This document shows positions 29,549-40,001 of a DNA stretch of 64,000 nucleotides, piece after piece. How positions within the stretch are numbered: position 1 is the stretch's first letter; the number at the start of each line of letters is the position of its first letter. The position numbers and the translations under genes were made by a program. Origin of the DNA: a virus; IMG/VR virus record IMGVR_UViG_3300020175_000005, positions 1 through 64,000 of that record. One strand, given 5' to 3'. The notes below the pieces were generated by a model, which saw nothing but the letters and a program-made list of their open reading frames with translations, was not told the origin of the DNA and searched no databases.

Positions 29549-30628
29549 CTAAGTCAACAAGTATTTTAGCTTTTCTTGTATATCTGGGCAAATTTCTTCT
29601 ATCATGCTGATGTTTGTTTTGTGATAATCTTCAGCCAGCTTCACCAATTCGGATACTGTATAATCACTATTTGTAAACTCAGCAAACTTCTCCCAGGATC
29701 GAGTATCTTGTTTTACAATCAAATCAATATAGTCAAGAGCCAATACATCAATGCCATGCTTGGAAGCATAATGCTGCATAATGTTCATGTGCTTATTTGT
29801 TCTTGATCTCAACTGCCGGTGTGCAATATTAGCTAGTATCCGTTGTACTGTATTTGAATCTGGTACACGAAGATTTTTTGATTGATAAAAATCTCGATTG
29901 GCATCATGCTTGAAGTTCATTAACAACTCTCCCCAGATTCCCCATTTACCATCATTTATTACTAGAACTTTGTGCTTACTATATCTCAACAATTGTGTTT
30001 GATAGTTTTTCTTGCTAACTTTGTCAAAGAATTTAGTTAGAATATTATGCGGATGTTCACTGACCACACGTTGATAATTTTTCCAATATTTGTTTTCATA
30101 AAAATATTCGCCATTCTTTATAAAACTATCATACGGATCTTTGTTAATCATGAATGCAAAGAAATTTTTTCCCATCCCACTATTGGACAATACCAAAGTA
30201 GTAGGAAGAGTGTACTCATAGTTAACGGTATCTGCGTTCACTTGTAACTCAATAGCACCATTTTTTAGATGAAATCTACGTGCCATATCAGTGGGAGGAC
30301 TAAGAGTAACAAATCTTTTAATACTGGGCTGTGCTAATTTGATTTCTTCTACTGCCGCAAAAATAATATCTCTGCCAGCGCCACGGTCGTAACTCCACAC
30401 AGTGTAAAACATGGCAACTTTATTTCCAGCATTGTGCAACTCCTGTTCAGTAGTTGCTACATCAGAGGTATATGCGACACACACCACTGCTCTGGGTTTT
30501 TCATTGTCATCCAACAAGACAAAATTATCCTTATTAGGTTGCATCCTAACCTCAAGGGGAATATGATTACGCACAGGGTCATCTGCTAATAACTCATTAT
30601 AGTGATTTTGGTGTATAGTTTTTAACAT
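29549..30628 (-). CDS. GNAT-like domain fused to a sulfotransferase-like domain
   Basis: DDPVR..., FYTVWSY..GAGR, RFVTLSP; second half begins with the SGMGKNFF loop. Confidence 0.6.
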   Translation of the reverse strand: MLKTIHQNHYNELLADDPVRNHIPLEVRMQPNKDNFVLLDDNEKPRAVVCVAYTSDVATTEQELHNAGNKVAMFYTVWSYDRGAGRDIIFAAVEEIKLAQPSIKRFVTLSPPTDMARRFHLKNGAIELQVNADTVNYEYTLPTTLVLSNSGMGKNFFAFMINKDPYDSFIKNGEYFYENKYWKNYQRVVSEHPHNILTKFFDKVSKKNYQTQLLRYSKHKVLVINDGKWGIWGELLMNFKHDANRDFYQSKNLRVPDSNTVQRILANIAHRQLRSRTNKHMNIMQHYASKHGIDVLALDYIDLIVKQDTRSWEKFAEFTNSDYTVSELVKLAEDYHKTNISMIEEICPDIQEKLKYLLT

Positions 30629-30650
30629 TTTTACAAACTCATTAAGTAGT

Positions 30651-30680
30651 AGTGGAGCCCTTGAGGGCTCCACTATTTTT
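30651..30680. terminator. hairpin terminator
   Basis: AGTGGAGCCC-TTGA-GGGCTCCACT followed by a T-tract. Confidence 0.7.
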
Positions 30681-31212
30681 TAAATTGCTGCTAGTACAGT
30701 CTCTGGTGCTGATTCACCATTGGATCCGGATCACTGTCTTGACAACGACCTGGCTCCTCGAACCAACCTGTGATAGTACCATCTTCTACTACCATTGCAA
30801 ACCGCCACGACCGTAGACCAAAGCCACGATTGTTAAAGGTAACACTCATATCAAGTGCTTCAGTTAGTTCTGCATTGCCGTCGGGAATTACTTTCACATT
30901 CTGCAATCCGCCTTCGACTACTGTTGCTGCCCATTTGTTCATAACAAAGGAATCGTTTACTGACACACAATAAATGTCATCAACACCTTTGTCTTTAAAC
31001 GCTTGGGCATTTGCTTCATAGCCCGGTACTTGCATAGTTGAGCAAGTGGGCGTAAAGGCACCGGGTAGTGAAAACACTACCACTTTTTTACCGCTGAACA
31101 TGTCGTCGGTAGTGACGTCCTGCCAACGGAAAGGGTTATCACCGCCTACAGACTCGTCACGTACTCGAGTCTTAAATGTAATAGCAGGGATCTTAGTTCC
31201 AATTTTAGTCAT
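30680..31212 (-). CDS. peroxiredoxin (Prx5/PGdx type) with apparent 1-nt frameshift near the C-terminus
   Basis: FSLPGAFTPTCS, SVNDSFVM, DGN, RSWR; the expected tail DPYGESAPETVL continues in another frame. Confidence 0.9.
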
Positions 31213-31256
31213 TAATATCTCCTTGATTTTATATATACCTAATAATACTACTGCGC

Positions 31257-31871
31257 CTATTCAATGTCAAGCATTAAATCAATATTATTTTGGTGGTAGC
31301 TTTCTAAAGACTGGGGGAATAGTGTGGATATTCCAACTGCATGGGCTATCAAGTCCCATTCTGATTGTTCTTTTTTGACAAATAGCTCACTATAGTCTAT
31401 GTTTATCACCTCACCAGTTAACAGATTACTAAAATGTTTATAATGTTGGTTTTGTTTAAGATGACATTTGTGATTAGGATATCCTCGATCACGTTGGGCT
31501 CTCAAATATATGTCAGTGTCGCCGCCATCACGGTGCCACTTCTTAACCAGTGCCAAGCAGTCGACGAACCCAGCGTATTCATCTGGATGTATGATAATAG
31601 TTAACCGGTCTTGCAAATAATTTAATATTTCTTGATAGCGTGTTGCAGTATATACTTTAACTGTTTGATCTTTTAATTTAAAAAACTCATGTAAATGACA
31701 TAGTCCTACTTGGCTATTTGGGCGCAATGACCATTCGTTATTTCTTATTGGAAAATAACTATCACTTTCCATTCCCAGATAATCATTTATTATTTGACAT
31801 AATAGATTTCCACCAGTGCCTGGAGGGAAAACAATATTCACTTCGCTATTATTAAATAATCTATAAACCAT
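31257..31871 (-). CDS. sulfotransferase-like hypothetical protein
   Basis: FPPGTGGNLL loop, IDYSELF; TATAAATA 5 nt upstream. Confidence 0.6.
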   Translation of the reverse strand: MVYRLFNNSEVNIVFPPGTGGNLLCQIINDYLGMESDSYFPIRNNEWSLRPNSQVGLCHLHEFFKLKDQTVKVYTATRYQEILNYLQDRLTIIIHPDEYAGFVDCLALVKKWHRDGGDTDIYLRAQRDRGYPNHKCHLKQNQHYKHFSNLLTGEVINIDYSELFVKKEQSEWDLIAHAVGISTLFPQSLESYHQNNIDLMLDIE

Positions 31872-31876
31872 AGTGT

Positions 31877-31899
31877 TATTTATAATCGTAGGATAAATA
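31877..31899. promoter_or_regulatory. back-to-back divergent late promoters
   Basis: TATAAATA on minus (31877-31884) and ATAAATA on plus (31893-31899), each a few nt before an ATG. Confidence 0.7.
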
Positions 31900-31904
31900 G
31901 TATT

Positions 31905-32228
31905 ATGGAAAAAGAAGCTGAAACAATTGTACAATTTTTAACTCCATACTTAGTATTACTGTTAGCTGGTATACTAGGACTTTGGATGAAAGATCTTATT
32001 GGTGATTTAGTCGCAGGCATACGATGGAAAATGAAACCAGGATTCGAGCCTGGTGATCAAGTTTTTCTAGATGGTGAAAAGGCTATTATCGTAAGCATAG
32101 GGATCACCCAAACTATATTTCAAATTGACAATGGCAGAGGGACAGTGTGGAGATATGTACCAAACACAAGAGTACATTATCTAAGACTGGAACGAATAGT
32201 TAAACTACCGGTGACGAAAAATGATTGA
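31905..32228 (+). CDS. small MscS-like (mechanosensitive channel beta-domain) membrane protein
   Basis: TM helix, then GDQVFLDG..IVSIGI..T...YVPN. Confidence 0.65.
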   Translation: MEKEAETIVQFLTPYLVLLLAGILGLWMKDLIGDLVAGIRWKMKPGFEPGDQVFLDGEKAIIVSIGITQTIFQIDNGRGTVWRYVPNTRVHYLRLERIVKLPVTKND

Positions 32229-32958
32229 TTGGAATTTAGCAAGACTTTGCGCTGAACTAAGTGAAGAAAGCTATTATGGCTTGGAAAAATTTAAAAAGTT
32301 TTTATTTAAACGTGTCATCATACATACCAAACTAAAGTTTTTTGATCAAGACGGCGCACAGGCCTATGGGATTGAAACTCCCGATTATATATTTGTAGTT
32401 TTTAGAGGAACGCAGCCTACTGAATTTAGTGATATAATTGCTGACATAAAGGCATGGCCAAGAGACAGTGACACTGTGGGGCATGTACACAGTGGGTTCA
32501 AAGGAGAACTTGACAAGATACATGACCCTATAGTAAAATGGTTGGGTGGGACAAACAAACAACTTGTTATCTGCGGACACAGTTTAGGAGCAGCAATGGC
32601 AACATTATTTGCTAGTAGAATGCATTTAATGGGAATAGACTTACAATTATACACATATGGTTCGCCAAGAGTTGGCTGTCGTGTATGGGCTAAACAGTTT
32701 AAAACTATCAAAGCATATCGTTTCCAAAATACAAATGACATTATATGCGCTGTTCCTCCATTCGGTTATTATAAACACATTGGACAATTATATTATCTGA
32801 CTTACTCAGGAAAAATAATAACTGGATTTAAATGGTACCAGCGTACATATGATAAATTACGTGGTAGAATACGTGCATTAGCCAAACGTGAAGTCTTTAG
32901 TGGTTTATACGATCACATTGGATTTCGTTATATTGATAAAATATCAAACAAAAAGTAA
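32221..32958 (+). CDS. lipase class 3 family protein
   Basis: VVFRGT, VHSGF, GHSLGAA, YTYGSPRVG, NDII..VPP. Confidence 0.9.
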   Translation: MIDWNLARLCAELSEESYYGLEKFKKFLFKRVIIHTKLKFFDQDGAQAYGIETPDYIFVVFRGTQPTEFSDIIADIKAWPRDSDTVGHVHSGFKGELDKIHDPIVKWLGGTNKQLVICGHSLGAAMATLFASRMHLMGIDLQLYTYGSPRVGCRVWAKQFKTIKAYRFQNTNDIICAVPPFGYYKHIGQLYYLTYSGKIITGFKWYQRTYDKLRGRIRALAKREVFSGLYDHIGFRYIDKISNKK

Positions 32959-32960
32959 AA

Positions 32961-33827
32961 ATGACATCTTTTAATCCGCAACAACACATTGTGTCAAGAC
33001 AAAAACGACACGATGCTGCAAATATACACAGTGTTAACCTTCCAGGACTAGCAACAATAGAACTCAATATTACTGAGTTATGCAATCGCACGTGTAGCTT
33101 TTGCCCGAGAGCTGACCCAGAAATTTACCCCAACGAAAAAAAGTTTATGTCTTTGGATACTGTTCGATTATTAGTAGAACAATTAAACAACACCGACTGG
33201 TATGGTGACATTCACATTACTGGATTTGGTGAGCCTCACACCCATCCACAATTGCGTGAGATTATTAGTATACTAAATCAAGCAAATGTTTATATCGAAG
33301 TTACCACTAACGGTGATAGACTTATTGATACGCACATAGATTACGCTGTATCCATGTTTAAGGCTGGTTTGGATAAATTAACAGTTGATTGTTATGATGG
33401 GGATCAGCAATACAACGACCGACAAGAAAAGATGCTGTCAGAATTTCAGGACATTTATGAGTGGCGTTTAAGAAATCATTATGACGATGGCAATGCACAA
33501 AACTTAATAACTGAATACGGCTTCAATAACCGTGGAGGTTTAATGGGAGGATCTGGTATACAGAATAAATGTTACTTGCCATTCTACAAAACGTTAATTG
33601 ATTGGAACGGAAATATTGTCATGTGCTGTAATGATTGGCATCGTCAAGCAGGCAGCATGGGAAATATACTAACTGAAGGTTTTGTCAATTGCTGGAATAG
33701 TGATAAGTTAACAAGTATCCGCCATGGACTAGCATCAGGAACACGCAAGGGAGTATGCGCTAGTTGTAGCATCAATGGTACTAAATTCGGTCAGTCTAGT
33801 TTTGATTTACTGATGGCTACTTCATAA
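32961..33827 (+). CDS. radical SAM/SPASM domain protein
   Basis: CNRTCSFC, GFGEP, TTNGD, NNRGG; C-terminal C..P...CC...CxxC. Confidence 0.9.
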   Translation: MTSFNPQQHIVSRQKRHDAANIHSVNLPGLATIELNITELCNRTCSFCPRADPEIYPNEKKFMSLDTVRLLVEQLNNTDWYGDIHITGFGEPHTHPQLREIISILNQANVYIEVTTNGDRLIDTHIDYAVSMFKAGLDKLTVDCYDGDQQYNDRQEKMLSEFQDIYEWRLRNHYDDGNAQNLITEYGFNNRGGLMGGSGIQNKCYLPFYKTLIDWNGNIVMCCNDWHRQAGSMGNILTEGFVNCWNSDKLTSIRHGLASGTRKGVCASCSINGTKFGQSSFDLLMATS

Positions 33828-34789
33828 CTAGTTACACCAGTACGCCAAGTGCCACTAAAGTCTTTTAACACAACATCACCGAGCTCGTCAGATATATCAA
33901 TTGCTTGTTGTAGATTTTCAACAATACGTTGCTGAGGTAGTCCATAAATTGGATCAGAAACCTGATCAACAGACAAAAACATCATATGTTCTAGTCCATT
34001 AAATCTCCAGTTATATCCAATTCTACTATCTTCGCCTTCAACAAATCCGTCAAACCTAATGCTATCCCAGAGTATAAATCTGATATAATCAATATCATAT
34101 GATAGTATTTCTTCATCTTCTAGATCTGCAATTGGATTGTTTTTTTCATCAATTGCAACGGCATGTCCGTCAAAAACTATATTTCCATTTTGTGCGAGTG
34201 CTGAAAACTGTGAAGCGAATTTATCAAATTCATGAAATATCTCTCCTTGCTTATTTCTAAACTGCACAATATCTCCTTTAACAACAATATTTACTCTCAT
34301 ACCGGAAGACATTTTCTGTACAACGCAGGGATATGTGAATTTTTTCACTGAGTCTTTATTAAACATCGCCACCTGCTGTAGTGGATATCCTGGAATCATA
34401 CCGCCATATGCTTTGTTAATAGTATCATTTTCCAAACCCAAGTCTAATGTTTTAGTTAAAATTCCCTTGAAAATATCTGCCTCTGTGCTATTGATATGTC
34501 CCATTGCAATTTGACATGCAAAGTTCGCCTCTTGGATTGTTAAATTATTGTTGATAATGTCATCAAAAATATGCATAAATTTACTAATACCGAGTCCATG
34601 AGGTGTTCCGGTTTTGGTAGTATGAAAATTATTCATATCAAATTGTATCATTGGATTATATGCAAAAAATACAATCCTCCTAAAGAGTGACTCTTTATTA
34701 TACTTCTGCAACACTGCAAGTTTTTCGTCTTGAGACTCTGCAGATATAATTTGGTCGTATATGCTTCTAGTTAATCCAGACTTGCTCAT
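33791..34789 (-). CDS. degenerate ATP-dependent DNA ligase-like protein
   Basis: T4-ligase-like N-terminus; motif I reads QKMSSGMR and motif III reads VFDGH; no OB domain. Confidence 0.65.
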   Translation of the reverse strand: MSKSGLTRSIYDQIISAESQDEKLAVLQKYNKESLFRRIVFFAYNPMIQFDMNNFHTTKTGTPHGLGISKFMHIFDDIINNNLTIQEANFACQIAMGHINSTEADIFKGILTKTLDLGLENDTINKAYGGMIPGYPLQQVAMFNKDSVKKFTYPCVVQKMSSGMRVNIVVKGDIVQFRNKQGEIFHEFDKFASQFSALAQNGNIVFDGHAVAIDEKNNPIADLEDEEILSYDIDYIRFILWDSIRFDGFVEGEDSRIGYNWRFNGLEHMMFLSVDQVSDPIYGLPQQRIVENLQQAIDISDELGDVVLKDFSGTWRTGVTSYEVAISKSKLD

Positions 34790-34842
34790 TTGCTTCACCT
34801 TATGTTACTAGTATTTATCTATATAGTTAACTGCAATCATAG

Positions 34843-34870
34843 AAAAAGGGAGCAGTATGCTCCCTTTTTT
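34843..34870. terminator. bidirectional intrinsic terminator
   Basis: AAAAAGGGAGCA-GTA-TGCTCCCTTTTTT. Confidence 0.85.
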
Positions 34871-34889
34871 CACTTATGTGTTTGTTATA

Positions 34890-35000
34890 CTAGTCTAGCA
34901 TAAGAGCTCTGGCTGCTTCAATGTCGCCTGCTTCGGCAAGAATAGATGCACGTTTATATACAGCGAGCTTATCAAAAAATTCAATTATTAATTTAAGCAT
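34890..35000 (-). CDS. small protein (36 aa)
   Basis: Manual translation MLKLIIEFFDKLAVYKRASILAEAGDIEAARALMLD; overlaps the upstream gene. Confidence 0.55.
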   Translation of the reverse strand: MLKLIIEFFDKLAVYKRASILAEAGDIEAARALMLD

Positions 35001-35190
35001 TTGCTGTTTTACCAAAACGTTGTTCTTTAGCTTGTGCTTTTAGTTCACGTAACTTTGCTTCTGATACAGCACGGGCTTCATATAGGCTTTTAACATGTGC
35101 AGCAGTAATTCCTGGTTGTCCTACCATTGCGCCAATTGCACGTGAGTATCCAATAATTTCTAAGCGAAGATTTAATTTTTCCATAAACAT
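34993..35190 (-). CDS. small hypothetical protein
   Basis: EIIGYSRA motif; TAATG coupling. Confidence 0.65.
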   Translation of the reverse strand: MFMEKLNLRLEIIGYSRAIGAMVGQPGITAAHVKSLYEARAVSEAKLRELKAQAKEQRFGKTANA

Positions 35191-35426
35191 TATACAAATC
35201 CTCTCAAGTTTTCATTTACTTTTACTTGTTCTGCTTTAACCGTCACTTTAGCTGGCTTCTTGAATGATTTATGTGCAATGTCATAAATCTCACCACGTGA
35301 GATACCAATATCATTTAGTTCGTGATTGTTTAGTGCTGAAAGTTGGTTGTAAGTGTCGCGTACTTGCTTGTTGTATTCCATTGTGTTACGAATGTTTGTT
35401 AGTAGTGCTTGAAGTTGTTTAATCAT
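35190..35426 (-). CDS. DUF1127 (YjiS-like) small protein
   Basis: T..QLSALNNHELNDIGISRGEI; start MIKQLQ coupled by TAATG. Confidence 0.85.
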   Translation of the reverse strand: MIKQLQALLTNIRNTMEYNKQVRDTYNQLSALNNHELNDIGISRGEIYDIAHKSFKKPAKVTVKAEQVKVNENLRGFV

Positions 35427-35614
35427 TAGTTTATCCCTTGTGTGTATCTGTATGATGGACCATTTCCATTGTGTGTTAACATATAATTGTATGCAAATTG
35501 CCAATCATTGCGATATTCTGTTTTTGCATATGTCATTAAGTCTGTGCGATAAGTGGCAGAATCTTTGCGTCCGCCAAGAAAATTAGTTATCGCACTAAAA
35601 AAGTTTAGTGTCAT
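35426..35614 (-). CDS. small hypothetical protein
   Basis: YAKTEYRNDWQFAY; GGAG RBS. Confidence 0.7.
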   Translation of the reverse strand: MTLNFFSAITNFLGGRKDSATYRTDLMTYAKTEYRNDWQFAYNYMLTHNGNGPSYRYTQGIN

Positions 35615-35883
35615 TTTAGTTCTCCATTCTGTTTTCGGATGCTTGAGGGAAGCAATACCCCTAGTCTTTTCTAGGCGTCAATCTCTTTTAAGGCATGGAT
35701 CATGCCACGGTCTTTCCCAGTTGCCACTCATTTTTTCTAAGCTGAGGTCGCTTGTAAAAGTAAACGTTGTTTCCTTCTACACCTTTATTTATATCAATAT
35801 AACACGAAAAATCCGTGTTTACTACTGCTATCCATGCAAACACGATATGCATCTTATGCAACTGTGCAGATCTGCGCAGGTAG

Positions 35884-35912
35884 AAAAAGGGAGCATTAGA
35901 TGCCCCCTTTTT
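35884..35912. terminator. bidirectional intrinsic terminator
   Basis: AAAAAGGGAGCAT-TAG-ATGCCCCCTTTTT. Confidence 0.75.
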
Positions 35913-35952
35913 ATTTTTATTTCTGTACTGTTGTAGTATTATGCGTAAAATC

Positions 35953-37590
35953 TCAGCCAGCTGTAAAGATATATGCTTTACCTGAACTAGTACCACCAGC
36001 ATCATCTTCATCATATGCACTAACAATAGCACGGCCGTCTGATATTGCTACTGATCGACCAAACCTATCATTTACTTCGGTGTCATATGCATTTGGATTA
36101 TCTAATGTTTCAACTAAGGCACCTGAAGTGACATTGTAAATATATACTTTTCCTGAATTGTAATTAGTCGGCGTTTTCGGCGACTCATCTTCTCCTGTCG
36201 CAGAGACAATTGCATAGTCGCCTGATATTGCTACAAATCGTCCAAATTCATCACCAAGACTTGAGCCATCAGGATTTGGATTGTCTAGTGTATGAACTAG
36301 CGCACCAGTTGTTACATCAAAGATGTATGCTTTGCCTGAATAGTCACCGCCATTATCGCTTTCTGCATAAGCACCTACAATAGCATAGTCGCCTGATATT
36401 GCTACTGAATTACCAAAGTAATCATCGTCACTGTTACTATGAGCATTCGGGTTGTCTAGTGTATGAACTAGGGCACCAGTTGTTACATCAAAGATGTATG
36501 CTTTACCACTACCAAAGCCGACAATAAATTCTTCATCACCATCATCATTTTCAAAAGCAACAGCATCATCTTCCATTTCAGCACCTACAATAGCGTAGTT
36601 ACCTGATATTGCTACCGCACCGCCAAACCTATCACCAGCACTTGTACCATAAGCAGTAGGGTTATCTAGTGTATAAAGTAAAGCACCAGTAGTAACATCA
36701 AAGATATACGCCTTACCAGAAGCACTACCGTCTGCATCGTCTTCAGCATAAGCACCTACAATAGCATAGTCACCTGATATTGCTACTGAAATGCCAAAGT
36801 AATCACTAGTACTCGTTCCATAAACATTCGGGTTGTCTAGTGTATGAACTAGGGCACCAGTTGTTACATCAAATATGTATGCTTTACCTGAAGTAGAACC
36901 ACTTACATCGTCTTCTCTACTAGCACCTACAATAGCATAGTTACCAGATATTGCAACTGAGTTACCAAATTGATCTTCGGAACTTGAACTAAAATCATTA
37001 GGGTTATCTAATGTATGAACTAACGAACTAGTTGATACATTGTAGATATATGCTTTACCTGAATTACCGCCACCTGCATCATCTTCATAAATAGCAGAAA
37101 CAATAGCATAGTCTCCATCGACTGCAACTGAATAGCCAAAGCGATCATTAAGACTTGTACCATAAGGATTTGGATTGTCTAATGTATATGCTAGTGTAGA
37201 TGCTGACCAATCACTCCACTCAAATGTATTGCCTGATCCTGTATCGCCTGATGTTTCTGTACCAACGCTAACTATAGCAGTTGTGCTTAACAGCATATTG
37301 CCGTCTGTGTCTTGTGTAAATGTCCAGTCGCTGATCTGAAAACCTGCATCAGCAATGAAAGGTCTCTGTGAACCAGCCATTGCTCTGTTTTCTGTAACAG
37401 ATAGCTCATCACCGTCTGCATACATTTCCCAGTTGCCAATTTTAATGCCGTGGTCAGCTCTAAATGCTCGTTGCGCATTGTTTGCATCAACTGCTACGTG
37501 ACCTGCTGTTAAATCGCCATCTGAGTTTTGAGTAAGTAACCAGTCGCCTAGTCTAATACCCATGTCTGAAATAAATGGTTTTTGTGCCAT
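35953..37590 (-). CDS. FG-GAP (integrin-like beta-propeller) repeat protein, probable fibre/adhesin
   Basis: Seven FG.SVAISG.YAIVGA..ED..SGKAYIF repeats; three N-terminal QRPF.AD.G..IGDW repeats. Confidence 0.9.
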   Translation of the reverse strand: MAQKPFISDMGIRLGDWLLTQNSDGDLTAGHVAVDANNAQRAFRADHGIKIGNWEMYADGDELSVTENRAMAGSQRPFIADAGFQISDWTFTQDTDGNMLLSTTAIVSVGTETSGDTGSGNTFEWSDWSASTLAYTLDNPNPYGTSLNDRFGYSVAVDGDYAIVSAIYEDDAGGGNSGKAYIYNVSTSSLVHTLDNPNDFSSSSEDQFGNSVAISGNYAIVGASREDDVSGSTSGKAYIFDVTTGALVHTLDNPNVYGTSTSDYFGISVAISGDYAIVGAYAEDDADGSASGKAYIFDVTTGALLYTLDNPTAYGTSAGDRFGGAVAISGNYAIVGAEMEDDAVAFENDDGDEEFIVGFGSGKAYIFDVTTGALVHTLDNPNAHSNSDDDYFGNSVAISGDYAIVGAYAESDNGGDYSGKAYIFDVTTGALVHTLDNPNPDGSSLGDEFGRFVAISGDYAIVSATGEDESPKTPTNYNSGKVYIYNVTSGALVETLDNPNAYDTEVNDRFGRSVAISDGRAIVSAYDEDDAGGTSSGKAYIFTAG

Positions 37591-37681
37591 GTTATATCTC
37601 CTAAAAAATAAAAAGAAATAGATTCTTACTATTATTTAACCGATATTCACCATGAATAAACTATCTATATTATGGATGCAT

Positions 37682-38818
37682 CTATAGTTTAGTGGTTGTA
37701 CTCTCATATGTACGATTGAACTGATTATTTACACGGACAAATGTTGTACATTTGGTTAGTTGTTTTAATTCTTTTGCACCAACATATGTACAAGTTGAAC
37801 GAATGCCACCCAAGATATTTTGCACTGTTCCAGCAATTGCGCCTCGATAAGGTACAAGGACTTCACGTCCTTCGCTACTGCGATAATCTTTTAAACCACC
37901 AAAGTGTTTTGTGTTTGCCGCATCTGAACTCATACCGTAAAACTGCACAAACTGTTTTTTATCAAACTTTCGAGTATTCCCGTCAATAAATTCATTTGTA
38001 ATATAACTTTTAGTAATAACTTCGCCGCCGCCTTCGTCGTGACCGGCAAGCATACCACCTAGCATCACAAAGTCAGCGCCAGCAGCAAATGCTTTTGCTA
38101 CATCCCCAGGACAAGTGCAACCACCATCGGCAATAATATGACCGCCGAGACCATGCGCAGCATCTGCACATTCGATGACAGCGGAGAGTTGAGGATAACC
38201 AACACCAGTCTGTATGCGAGTAGTGCATACACTACCAGGACCAATGCCAACTTTAACGATATCAGCTCCATTTAAGATTAACTCCTGTGTTTGGTCTGCG
38301 GTAACAACATTACCCCCGATAATTACTAGATGTGGATAAGTTTCACGGAAATGTTTCACATAATCAACAAATCGTTCACTATATCCGTTAGCAACATCGA
38401 TACACACATACTTTAGATTTTCACCAATTTGTGCGTAAACATCACTAAACTTTTTTTCGTCTCGTTCAGTAATACCAACACTCACTGCAACATGTGAGGT
38501 ACGCTTAAAGCGGTCACTACCAGTATTAAAATACGCAACCAGTTCTTCTACACTGTATGTCTTTACTAGACAAGTAAACATATTCATGTCTGCTAATGCA
38601 TCTGCTTGTTCAAATGTACCAACACCATCCATGTTACTTGCCATAATAGGAGTACCATAGTAGTGTACTGGTTCTACATTATCTGGGAAGTCTGGTACAT
38701 AATTTACAAATTTAAACTTGCGGTTCAAATCTACATCTTTGCGAGACCCTAGTGTACTACGCTTAGGACGAATAAGAACGTCACTGTAGTCTAGTAGAAC
38801 TTCATTTTCAATTCTCAT
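37682..38818 (-). CDS. guaC: GMP reductase
   Basis: [50 protein letters not shown]. Confidence 0.95.
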   Translation of the reverse strand: MRIENEVLLDYSDVLIRPKRSTLGSRKDVDLNRKFKFVNYVPDFPDNVEPVHYYGTPIMASNMDGVGTFEQADALADMNMFTCLVKTYSVEELVAYFNTGSDRFKRTSHVAVSVGITERDEKKFSDVYAQIGENLKYVCIDVANGYSERFVDYVKHFRETYPHLVIIGGNVVTADQTQELILNGADIVKVGIGPGSVCTTRIQTGVGYPQLSAVIECADAAHGLGGHIIADGGCTCPGDVAKAFAAGADFVMLGGMLAGHDEGGGEVITKSYITNEFIDGNTRKFDKKQFVQFYGMSSDAANTKHFGGLKDYRSSEGREVLVPYRGAIAGTVQNILGGIRSTCTYVGAKELKQLTKCTTFVRVNNQFNRTYESTTTKL

Positions 38819-39354
38819 CGTACTGTTAACTCCAATTGTTGTAATACTTGTTGTACACACAATGCCTGCACTTTGCAGTCTTCTAGTGCGTTGTGTGCTT
38901 CAAAATTCATCGCCTTGCGTGGATCGCTGGGCATGATTTGCATAAGTGTTCGTGCATCACGGATCTTCCAGAAAGGCCAAGGAACGTGTTTCTCATATTG
39001 TTTAAATAAGTTCTCCATAATGGGTATATCAAAGGTACTTCCTTGAGCCCAGATCGCATCAACACCTACGCACCATCTAGTTAGGTCAGTTAATACTTGG
39101 TCCACAGAAGTACGATTTCCTTCGCCCATCGCTTCTTCCATTACCTTGGGATCCTGGCGCCCCCACCATTCCAACGTGCTTTCATCAGTTGTTCGTCCTC
39201 GAGCAATTTGCTCATCTACTTCTAAACGATGATAAAAATGCTGATATGTTTCACTAATGCTATTAGGGTCAAACTTGACTCCACCAAAAGTTAGCACCAC
39301 AGTATTGTTTTGGGCACCTAATGTTTCTAGGTCAATCATGGCATGTGTTGTCAT
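38815..39354 (-). CDS. DEDDh 3'-5' exonuclease (DexA/exoribonuclease-like)
   Basis: [25 protein letters not shown]. Confidence 0.88.
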   Translation of the reverse strand: MTTHAMIDLETLGAQNNTVVLTFGGVKFDPNSISETYQHFYHRLEVDEQIARGRTTDESTLEWWGRQDPKVMEEAMGEGNRTSVDQVLTDLTRWCVGVDAIWAQGSTFDIPIMENLFKQYEKHVPWPFWKIRDARTLMQIMPSDPRKAMNFEAHNALEDCKVQALCVQQVLQQLELTVR

Positions 39355-39529
39355 TGCGGATTCTCCTTAATCCAAATACACTCTGAAATATCTTCAGGTT
39401 TTAGCATTTTCTTCTTCCGTAACCACAAAGTGAACTTTTACAATACCGCCTTTTTGTTTTTTAACATAGTATTCGAGACCTGCATCTCTAAATATTTTTC
39501 TAAGCTCGTTGATGGTAGGATCAGACTTT

Positions 39530-39949
39530 TTAATCATTCTTTTCTCTTTCTGCTACTCGTCGCCTCAAGTCGCTTGAGCTAAAACGATGATCTCTTTTGT
39601 TGAAGTACAAGGATATTCCTCTGCTTCGACATATGTCTTTTCCAGTAAAATCCTTATTTCTATACTCTTCACCTAGTATTCTAACATCAATACTAAACAT
39701 TGTCAAGATGTCTTCTAGATCCTTTTCGCTAGAATAAGGGATAATTTCATCAACAAAGTGTATTGCATTAAGTTGGGTGTATCTTTCCACAATACTTTGT
39801 ACTGGAGGATTCTTTTCCGGACGATCTGGACTAGGATCCATCTGTAAACCGCAAATTAAATAGTCACAATGCTCTCTTGCTTCACGTAGCATTTGTACGT
39901 GGCCTGCATGTAGTAAATCAAATGTGCTACAGGTAAATCCAACTTTCAT
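39530..39949 (-). CDS. cytidylyltransferase (glycerol-3-phosphate cytidylyltransferase-like)
   Basis: STFDLLHAGH (HxGH) and RDHRFSSS motifs. Confidence 0.88.
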   Translation of the reverse strand: MKVGFTCSTFDLLHAGHVQMLREAREHCDYLICGLQMDPSPDRPEKNPPVQSIVERYTQLNAIHFVDEIIPYSSEKDLEDILTMFSIDVRILGEEYRNKDFTGKDICRSRGISLYFNKRDHRFSSSDLRRRVAEREKND

Positions 39950-40001
39950 TCAGCTCTCCTCTTTGGCTGCATGACTAATATAACATAAAAAATTTAGGCT
40001 G

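Noticed and set aside
35640-35760. Cobalamin or c-di-GMP riboswitch
   Set aside because: Only a short CTGGGAA similarity; the B12 box and other core motifs are absent.
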